Part shown: in pieces, positions 35,466 to 42,425 of the stretch | Numbering within the stretch: position 1 is the stretch's first letter | Layout: each line of letters begins with the position of its first letter | The notes under the pieces: model-generated | The model's input: only the letters and a program-made list of their open reading frames with translations | Database searches by the model: none | What the model was told of the DNA's origin: nothing | Origin: a bacterium | GTDB taxonomy: Bacteria > UBP6 > UBA1177 > JAKLFG01 | DNA: 43,943 nucleotides | NCBI GenBank assembly: GCA_029573155.1 | Contig: JAKQHE010000215.1 | Location: 1 to 43,943, forward strand | Direction: 5' to 3' | Made by a program: the position numbers and the translations under genes

Positions 35466-36211
35466 GCGGGGGGCTCGTGGTCGGGATCGGTCCCCTGCGG
35501 TCGCTCGAAGTGGGTCTGTATCACGGCGCCGACGAAGTAGAGCACCGATACCGCGAGAATGAATTCGGGCCACTGATGGAAAAGTACGAGCAGAGCGAGG
35601 AATAAGAAAACGAAACTCTGCAGGATATTGAGCCAGCGAGCCGACCTTTTCTTGAATTTGCGGTACTTGAAGGTCGAGACCATAAGGACACCGAACAGAA
35701 GCAGGATGCCGCTCATGACGGTTTCGTCCCGCAGGAGCCAAAGTTCGTGTTTACGGGCCACGAGGAACAGAACGGCGACCATCGCCCCCGCTTGCGTCGA
35801 GGTGAGCCCGTAGAAGAAATCCTTGTCCTCCTTGTCGGCGCAGTTGAACTTGGCAAGCCGTATCGCCGTGAGAAGGATGTAGACGGCGCAGGCCCCCTTT
35901 ATCGAAAGCGGCACCGCCTCCATGTTGCCGTTGAACTGCCCTTGGAAGAAGGAAAGGATGAGTATCGCCGGAGCGACGCCGAACGAGAAGAAGTCGCTGA
36001 ACGAGTCGAACTCGATGCCGAAACTCGAGCAGGCGTCGAAAGCGCGCGCCGCGGTACCGTCCATCTTGTCCATGATGACGCACAGCAGGATATACCATGC
36101 CGCGCGGTCGTATTGGCCGCCGATGGCGAGCCAGACGACGATGAACCCTATCAGCAGGTTGAGACTCGTGAAGAAATTCGGGATGATGACCCGCGGATTA
36201 TCTTTCAGCAT
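35462..36211 (-). CDS. pssA: CDP-diacylglycerol--serine O-phosphatidyltransferase (CDP-alcohol phosphatidyltransferase family)
   Basis: It carries the motif DKMDGTAARAFDACSSFGIEFDSFSDFFSFG, which fits D-x2-DG-x2-AR...G-x3-D-x3-D. It is polytopic and 249 aa long. Confidence 0.85.
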   Translation of the reverse strand: MLKDNPRVIIPNFFTSLNLLIGFIVVWLAIGGQYDRAAWYILLCVIMDKMDGTAARAFDACSSFGIEFDSFSDFFSFGVAPAILILSFFQGQFNGNMEAVPLSIKGACAVYILLTAIRLAKFNCADKEDKDFFYGLTSTQAGAMVAVLFLVARKHELWLLRDETVMSGILLLFGVLMVSTFKYRKFKKRSARWLNILQSFVFLFLALLVLFHQWPEFILAVSVLYFVGAVIQTHFERPQGTDPDHEPPA

Positions 36212-36311
36212 GCCTGCCCCTCAAAAGTAAGGTTCCCAGCCACCCTTATATGTTCACGAGAAAAAAAATGCAAGGAAGCGAGCTCTTTTCCCCGGAGATA
36301 TCCGGTTCGAC

Positions 36312-36333
36312 AAAAAAGGGCTACGAGCCCGCG
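36312..36333 (-). terminator. Weak candidate intrinsic terminator after the pgeF-like gene
   Basis: The minus strand reads GGGCT-CGT-AGCCC followed by TTTTTT. The stem is only 5 bp and it includes the TAG stop. Confidence 0.25.
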
Positions 36334-36962
36334 GGGAGCCAGACGATGGTCGCATGGCGCCGGTCGTCGCGATCGCGCCGGTAGGAGAACAGTCCCGGGG
36401 TGCACGCGGTGCAGCGTGTCACCTCCTCTATCTCGCCGACGCCTTCTCCAGCCAGTTGATCGACGATGGCCGCCCCGAGATCGGCAAAAAGGTCTGCGCC
36501 GCGCGTCTCCAGCGGTATCCCGGCGTCGTTGAAACGGTCCTTCAGTTCGGAACCTATCCGGAAACAACATCTCTCGATGCCGGGGAACAGCGCGGCCTGC
36601 AGGGAACGGGCGCCGAGTTCCTTCAAACGACGCGTCCCCTTCGCGGCGAGACGCAATTCAACGCCACGCCAGCCGCAGTGAAAGATGCCGGCGAGCGCCC
36701 GGTCCTTGTCGGCGAGAACGACCGGGAAACAGTCGGCGGTCCGGATGAGCGCACCGGTGCCGCGTTTCGTGATGATAAGCCCGTCACCATCGCCCGAAGC
36801 ATCCTCGACGATACGGTCACCATGCACCTGGCGAACGCGGTGTATCGTCGTGAGCCCGAGTCCGGCGGCCAGAGCACCGGAAATGTCATCGAGATGCTCT
36901 TTCGCGTCGGGCTGTTCGACGAACAGGGCCGGGATCGTCGCTGACTCCACTATTTTCATCAT
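36321..36962 (-). CDS. pgeF: Peptidoglycan editing factor PgeF / YfiH (DUF152, laccase-domain) family
   Basis: I re-called the start at ATG 36962 (MMKIVES...). Motifs are QVHGDRIV, RTADCFPVVL, HCGWRG and YSYRRD-like (FSYRRD). Confidence 0.85.
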   Translation of the reverse strand: MMKIVESATIPALFVEQPDAKEHLDDISGALAAGLGLTTIHRVRQVHGDRIVEDASGDGDGLIITKRGTGALIRTADCFPVVLADKDRALAGIFHCGWRGVELRLAAKGTRRLKELGARSLQAALFPGIERCCFRIGSELKDRFNDAGIPLETRGADLFADLGAAIVDQLAGEGVGEIEEVTRCTACTPGLFSYRRDRDDRRHATIVWLPAGS

Positions 36963-37084
36963 GCTCCCCGTGGTGGTCCGCGCGACCGTATCAACCGTTG
37001 TGGCACTTGTCAAACACTTTCTGTTGACAAAGCGGCACCGGTTCGTATAGTGCTTCGCGTTATGGTGTGCTACAGGCAAGCGAT

Positions 37085-37471
37085 ATGATCAAACGGATGC
37101 TTTCACGCGTCAATTTCGAGATAGCGGCGCAGATCAGCCACAACGGTGTCGACCATCCCTGCGCGGTGCAGAACCTCAGTCTTTCCGGCATGTATTGCGT
37201 CGGCGGCCCCGATCTTCCGATGGATTCGGAGGTAGATGTCAAACTGGGGCTCAGCTCGGAACATTCGGCGGTCAGCGTCGCGGTGAAGGGTAAGGTGGCC
37301 CGCAAGGACGGCGACGGTCAGGCCTTCACCTTTCCTCACCTCGATCTCGACGCCTTCATCTTCCTGCGTAACATCATGGTCTACAACAGCGGGAACTCCG
37401 ATCTCATCGATAAGGAGTACCGTGACTATCTCATCTGGAAATCGGACAAGAACGAATACATCCCCGGTTGA
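37085..37471 (+). CDS. PilZ domain protein (putative c-di-GMP receptor)
   Basis: The RxxxR motif is KRMLSR at the N-terminus, and the N-x-S-x-x-G motif is QNLSLSG. I prefer ATG 37085 as the start; 37067 is the alternative. Confidence 0.7.
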   Translation: MIKRMLSRVNFEIAAQISHNGVDHPCAVQNLSLSGMYCVGGPDLPMDSEVDVKLGLSSEHSAVSVAVKGKVARKDGDGQAFTFPHLDLDAFIFLRNIMVYNSGNSDLIDKEYRDYLIWKSDKNEYIPG

Positions 37472-37477
37472 GCCCGC

Positions 37478-38056
37478 CTACTTCCGCGCGTTCTCAATAA
37501 GCATTGTGATGTCAACGACGCCGAGTTCCTTCGCCAGGTCGAGGGCCGTCCTCTTGTTGTTGTCGGTGATGTTAAGGTCCACTCCGCGTTCAATGGCGTA
37601 GCGGGCGAGCGTCAGATCGCGCCCCTGCACGGCCTTATGAAGGATCGTTTCGTTCCAGACATGGTGCCGCGTATTGATGTCCATCTTTTTCTCCTCGACG
37701 AAATAACGGATCGTGTCGAGACATCCCGCCATGGCGGCATTCATGAAGGCCGATCGATCCACCGGACTTCCCGACGAGACCTCAACGGCCATATCTGCCC
37801 CCTTCTTGTCGAGCAGACGCACCGGATCGGTAAGGCATTTCTTCGCCGCGACGACATAGGGGGTGTACCCGGTCCCGGCTTGCCGCGCATTGATGTCGGC
37901 GCCGCGCCCGATGAGTTCCCGCGCCGCCGACTCGTCGCCCCGTTCGAGGGCCGAGAGGAGTTCCTGTCCGAGCGCCGGGTCGGGAGGCGTCTTTTTGCAT
38001 GAGAGCGACAGGGAAAAACAGAGCGATAGAACAAAAAACGAAAAAAAGATCCTCAT
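37478..38056 (-). CDS. Ankyrin-repeat protein with signal peptide / probable lipobox
   Basis: The N-terminus is MRIFFSFFVLSLCFSLSLSC. Ankyrin repeats follow: LL.A...GD...ARELIGRGADINAR, GYTPYVVAA, TILHKAV..RDLTLARYAIERGVDLN and RTALDLA. Confidence 0.8.
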   Translation of the reverse strand: MRIFFSFFVLSLCFSLSLSCKKTPPDPALGQELLSALERGDESAARELIGRGADINARQAGTGYTPYVVAAKKCLTDPVRLLDKKGADMAVEVSSGSPVDRSAFMNAAMAGCLDTIRYFVEEKKMDINTRHHVWNETILHKAVQGRDLTLARYAIERGVDLNITDNNKRTALDLAKELGVVDITMLIENARK

Positions 38057-38219
38057 GAGCGCACCTCATCGGTCATCGTAACGGTCCGATGATAGAAGAG
38101 TCCTGAGGAAAAGCAAGAAGAACGGTCGCCGGCCCTTTTTTGCTTTTATCGTGTTTCCGAGTATGCTCGGCTCGTCAACGGGTCTTTTGGCACAAACGAA
38201 GATACTTAAGGAGGAAGGC

Positions 38220-38669
38220 ATGTTATCGGATCTCGGTTCATTCGGTCCCATCATCTGTCTCGGTCTTGCCGCCTGCGGAAGCGCCATCGGATGTGGTCTC
38301 GCCGGCATGACCTCGCACGGTGTCATGTCGAAGACCGACGAAGGGCACGGCCTGTTCGTCGCGCTTTCGGCGATGCCGTCTTCGCAGACCATCTACGGGT
38401 TCGTCCTGATGATCCTCATGAGCGGCAAACTCTCGCAACTGCAGGATGCGGGCAAGCCGACCGCGGCGTTGTTCGCCATCGGCGTCGCCTGCGGCGTCGC
38501 GCTCATGCTTTCGGCCATCTACCAAGGTAAGGCCTGTTCCTCGGCCATCCTTGCGGTCGCCAAGAAGCCCTCGATCGCCGGCATGTCCTTCGCCGCTCCC
38601 GGCATCGTCGAGTCATTCGCGATCTTCGCGATGGTCGGCGGCATCGTCCTTTTGCAGGGCCTCAAGTAG
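38220..38669 (+). CDS. ntpK: V/A-type ATPase proteolipid subunit K (NtpK-like, 4-TM)
   Basis: I re-called the start at ATG 38220, with a perfect AAGGAGGA 5 nt upstream. The 149-aa protein aligns by eye to Enterococcus hirae NtpK: MPSSQTIYGFV vs LPGTQGLYGFV, SAIYQGKA...AKKP vs SGIAQGKV...AKKP, and GIVESFAIF vs AMVETYAIL. Confidence 0.8.
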   Translation: MLSDLGSFGPIICLGLAACGSAIGCGLAGMTSHGVMSKTDEGHGLFVALSAMPSSQTIYGFVLMILMSGKLSQLQDAGKPTAALFAIGVACGVALMLSAIYQGKACSSAILAVAKKPSIAGMSFAAPGIVESFAIFAMVGGIVLLQGLK

Positions 38670-38697
38670 CCACCGCCCGGGTCACGCGGCGCGCGCC

Positions 38698-40731
38698 ATG
38701 ACCTCCGGTCGCTCCTTCCTCTCCGGTCTGCGCCTGAGCGACACCCAGCGTGAGGCGGTCACCGCCACCGACGGGCCGCTCCTCGTCTTCGCGGGTGCCG
38801 GATCGGGCAAGACCCGCGTCATAACCTGCCGCATCGCCTACCTGCTCGGGGAGAAGAGGGTCCCGCCCGAGGAGATCCTCGCCGTCACCTTCACCAATAA
38901 GGCGGCGCGCGAGATGAAGGAGCGGGTGGCCTCGATAGTGAATGACCCGTCGGTCACGCGGCGGCTCACCGTCTGCACCTTCCACGCGCTCGGTCTCCAG
39001 ATACTCAAACGGGAGCACAAGGCGATCGGTTTCCCGGCCCACTTCGTCGTCTTCTCGCCCTATGAGCAGGTCGAACTGATGAAGAAGGTGATGGAGGAAG
39101 AGAAGATATCGCGCGAACAGTACTCGCCTTACGCGGTGATGTCGGTCGTCTCGCGGCTCAAGAACGACCCCGACCTTTTCAACGACCAGCGATTCTACCT
39201 CGGCAACATACGGCACGGTGTCGCACGTCGGCTTTACGAGCCGTACCAGCGGGCGCTCAAGGCGGCCGCGGCGATGGATTTCGACGATCTCATCATGAAA
39301 CCGCTCGATCTGTTCGAGCAGAGCGAGGAGATACGGAAAAGATATGCCGGAAAATGGCGATACCTCATGGTGGACGAGTATCAGGACACCAACCGCGCAC
39401 AATACCGGCTCATCCGTGAACTTTCGTCGGTCCACGGCAATGTGTGTGTGGTGGGCGATGACGATCAGAGCATTTACAGTTGGCGCGGCGCGCGGGTCGA
39501 GAACATCCTCGAGTTCGAAGAGGATTTTCCCGGCACCCGCGTCGTGAAACTGGAGGAGAATTACCGGTCGGTCGCCGAGATCGTCGAGACAGCGGGGCGG
39601 CTCATCGGGTTCAACCGGACCCGGGCCGAAAAGAAGGTGTTCGCTCGCCGACGCGCCGAGGAGGAGAAGCCGATAACTATTCACTCGGTCATGGACGAAG
39701 CGGAAGAGGCCGATCGGGTCGCCCGCGAGATAGCGTCGCTTTCGGCGGCCGGCCTGCGCTACACCGATCTTGCGGTGATGGTGCGCACCAACGCGCAGAC
39801 CCTACCGTTCGAAAAGGCGTTCGCGCGGCAACGCATCCCGTATCGGGTCATCGGCGGGCAGAAGTTCTTCGAGAACAAGGAAATAAAGGACCTTGTCGCC
39901 TACCTGCGCATCCTCGTGCGGCCTGACGACGAGATAAGTTTGCGCCGCATCATCAACTATCCGACCCGTGGTATCGGCACCGTCGCGGTCGAAAAACTGT
40001 TCGAGATCGCGGCGGTCGAGAGGTCGCCAGCCCTCTCAGTGGCCGAACGGATAGGGGAGTATGCCCTGCTCTCGCCGGCCCAGCGCGACGCGATAGCGAA
40101 GTTCAGCGCCCTGTATCGCGGGTTGGTCGACGAGATGGCCTGTCGTGAACCGGTCCCCTTCGCTGAACACCTTATCCGGACGATCGGCATCGAAGAAGCG
40201 ATACACCGGAGCGGCGAGAGCGACGAATCGGTCGCTATACGGCTCGAGAACATCCGCGAGTTCGTGAGCGCCGTTTCCTATCACCACGCCGAACGGCCCG
40301 CCGCAGGTCCGCGCGAGTTCTGGCTCGACCTCATCAACGCGGTGGCGCTCATCCAGTCAGGCGACGAGGACGACAAGAAGAAGGGGGTCAACATCATCAC
40401 GGCCCACAGCGCCAAGGGGCTCGAGTTCGAGGTGGTCTTCGTCCCCGGCTTTTATCAGGGCGGCATGCCCAACCGTCTCGCGCTGGAGGAGGGGAACATC
40501 GAGGAGGAACGGCGTCTCTGCTATGTCGCCTTCACGCGGGCCCGCCGCCGTCTGATCATCACGATACCGCGCATGATAAAGGTGCGTGGCAGGACCCTGC
40601 CGACCACCGCGTCGGTGTTCCTGTCGGAGGCGGGGCTTTCAATGATGAGCGCCGCCGAACGGCGCGAGATGGCGGAGAACTACCTCCAACGCATTCGCGA
40701 GAAGATAGAGCAGGACCGGCCGGAGGAATGA
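38698..40731 (+). CDS. ATP-dependent DNA helicase, UvrD/PcrA/Rep family (SF1)
   Basis: I re-called the start at ATG 38698. Motifs are VFAGAGSGKTRVI (motif I), TFTNKAAREM, MVDEYQDTN (II), VGDDDQSIYSWRGA (III), YRS, TAHSAKGLEF (V) and CYVAFTRAR (VI). The track ORF's 84 extra N-terminal codons overlap ntpK out of frame. Confidence 0.92.
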   Translation: MTSGRSFLSGLRLSDTQREAVTATDGPLLVFAGAGSGKTRVITCRIAYLLGEKRVPPEEILAVTFTNKAAREMKERVASIVNDPSVTRRLTVCTFHALGLQILKREHKAIGFPAHFVVFSPYEQVELMKKVMEEEKISREQYSPYAVMSVVSRLKNDPDLFNDQRFYLGNIRHGVARRLYEPYQRALKAAAAMDFDDLIMKPLDLFEQSEEIRKRYAGKWRYLMVDEYQDTNRAQYRLIRELSSVHGNVCVVGDDDQSIYSWRGARVENILEFEEDFPGTRVVKLEENYRSVAEIVETAGRLIGFNRTRAEKKVFARRRAEEEKPITIHSVMDEAEEADRVAREIASLSAAGLRYTDLAVMVRTNAQTLPFEKAFARQRIPYRVIGGQKFFENKEIKDLVAYLRILVRPDDEISLRRIINYPTRGIGTVAVEKLFEIAAVERSPALSVAERIGEYALLSPAQRDAIAKFSALYRGLVDEMACREPVPFAEHLIRTIGIEEAIHRSGESDESVAIRLENIREFVSAVSYHHAERPAAGPREFWLDLINAVALIQSGDEDDKKKGVNIITAHSAKGLEFEVVFVPGFYQGGMPNRLALEEGNIEEERRLCYVAFTRARRRLIITIPRMIKVRGRTLPTTASVFLSEAGLSMMSAAERREMAENYLQRIREKIEQDRPEE

Positions 40732-40738
40732 TCGATCG

Positions 40739-42271
40739 TCAAACGAGCGGGCCGGCGGCCTTCTCGGCGACGGCGACCAGTTCTCGTTCGAGTGACCGCA
40801 CCTTCGCGAAGTCGGGATGCAGGAAACGATCGGTATCCATGAAGGGGACCGCGCCCCGCACCTTCCGGTGGACCGCCTGTAGCGCCTTGCTCGTCTTCAG
40901 AGGCTTTCTGAGATCGAGGGCCTGACAGGCGATAAGCACCTCGAGGGCGAGCACGCAGGCGGTGTTCTCGGCGACCATGGCACACTTGCGCGCCGCTATC
41001 GTCCCCATGCTCACATGATCCTCCTTGCCCGCCGAGGTCGGTATCGAATCGACCGATGCGGGGAACGAGAGAGATTTCGATTCAGACACGAGACCTGCCG
41101 CCGCGACCTGCGCTATCATGAACCCCGAGTGGAGTCCCTTGTCCTTCACGAGGAACGCCGGCAGTTGTGAGAAGACCGGATTGACCATCTGCTCGATGCG
41201 CCGCTCGGAGATGTTGCCCAATTCGCTCGCGGCGGCGGCGAGATAATCCATCACGAGAGCCACCGGTTCGCCGTGGAAGTTGCCGGCCGATATGGTCTCC
41301 CTTTCGTCGGGGAAAATGAGCGGGTTGTCGGTCGAGGAATTCAGCTCGGTCGTGAGCACCTCGACGGCGTGGTGCAAGGCGTCGCGGACCGCGCCGTGGA
41401 CCTGCGGCGCGCAGCGGATACTGTAGGAATCCTGCACCTTCGTGCAACAGCGGTGCGACTCGCGGATGGTCGAACCGGCGATGAGTTTTCGGACATTACG
41501 CGACACCTCGAACTGTCCCGGATGGGCGCGGACGCGGCTCACCTTCTCGTCAAAGGCGCGATCGGTCCCGAGCATCGCGTCGACGGTGAGCGCCAGGGAG
41601 ATGTCGGCGAGTTTTGAGAGCCCGAAGAGCCGCTCGACGGTGAGCGCCCCCACGGCGGTCATCACCTGCGTCCCGTTGATGAGGGCGAGCCCCTCTTTCG
41701 CCTTGAGCGCTATCGGGGTCACTTTTTTCTTTTTGAGCACACCGGCGGTATCGACCGGTTTCATATCGTCACCGAGGCAGTAGCCTTCGCCGCACAGGGC
41801 GAGGGCGAGGTGGGAGAGGGGAGCAAGGTCGCCCGACGCGCCGACCGATCCTTTCTGCGGGATGTAGGGGACGATGTCGGCGTTGATGAACTCGACCAGT
41901 TTCTCGAGCGTCGAGAGCCGCACGCCGGAGAAGCCTTTGGCCAGCACATTAGCGCGCAGTAGCATGATGGCGCGGACGGTCGCCCGGTCGAACGGGTCGC
42001 CGATGCCGATGGCGTGGGAACGGATGAGGTTCATCTGGAGATCGTCGAGGTGATCTTTCGGGATCGCCACTTCACTGAGTATCCCGAAGCCGGTATTGAT
42101 GCCGTAGACCGGTTTATCCTGCGTGAGCAGTTTGTCGACGAAGCGGCGGCACTTCTCGACCTTCTTCGCCGCCGCGGGGGCGACGCCGACGGGGCGGTCG
42201 CAGCAGGCGACCTCGTACACATCGCGGATGGTCAGCGTTTCGCCGTCGATGAGCAGTTTTTTCAGCGGCAT
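40739..42271 (-). CDS. hutH: Histidine ammonia-lyase
   Basis: 510 aa. It has the MIO-forming GSVGASGDLAPLSHL, plus YGINTGFG and NLIRSHAIG. The Ser-His selectivity pair is as in Pseudomonas putida HAL, not the TAL/PAL pattern. Confidence 0.92.
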   Translation of the reverse strand: MPLKKLLIDGETLTIRDVYEVACCDRPVGVAPAAAKKVEKCRRFVDKLLTQDKPVYGINTGFGILSEVAIPKDHLDDLQMNLIRSHAIGIGDPFDRATVRAIMLLRANVLAKGFSGVRLSTLEKLVEFINADIVPYIPQKGSVGASGDLAPLSHLALALCGEGYCLGDDMKPVDTAGVLKKKKVTPIALKAKEGLALINGTQVMTAVGALTVERLFGLSKLADISLALTVDAMLGTDRAFDEKVSRVRAHPGQFEVSRNVRKLIAGSTIRESHRCCTKVQDSYSIRCAPQVHGAVRDALHHAVEVLTTELNSSTDNPLIFPDERETISAGNFHGEPVALVMDYLAAAASELGNISERRIEQMVNPVFSQLPAFLVKDKGLHSGFMIAQVAAAGLVSESKSLSFPASVDSIPTSAGKEDHVSMGTIAARKCAMVAENTACVLALEVLIACQALDLRKPLKTSKALQAVHRKVRGAVPFMDTDRFLHPDFAKVRSLERELVAVAEKAAGPLV

Positions 42272-42367
42272 GGAGGCCTCCGTTCACAGTATCCGCCGCG
42301 AGTCTAGTGCCCCGTCGCACAAAATCAAGAAATAGCAAAGAAAGGAATGCGTTACTGGGAAGAAAAA

Positions 42368-42396
42368 TTGAGAAAACGCCTCTCTTCCGGTATCAT
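42368..42396 (+). promoter_or_regulatory. Sigma70-like promoter TTGAGA-17 nt-TATCAT upstream of the MBL-fold lipoprotein gene
   Basis: TTGAGA lies at 42368-42373 and TATCAT at 42391-42396. AGGAGG lies at 42414-42419, ahead of ATG 42426. Confidence 0.4.
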
Positions 42397-42425
42397 CCGA
42401 AAAAACTTACTCGCAGGAGGTCGGC

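Noticed and set aside
38662-39684. 340-aa minus-strand ORF antisense to the UvrD-family helicase
   Set aside because: The helicase motifs I-VI are intact on the plus strand, and the antisense translation is low complexity.
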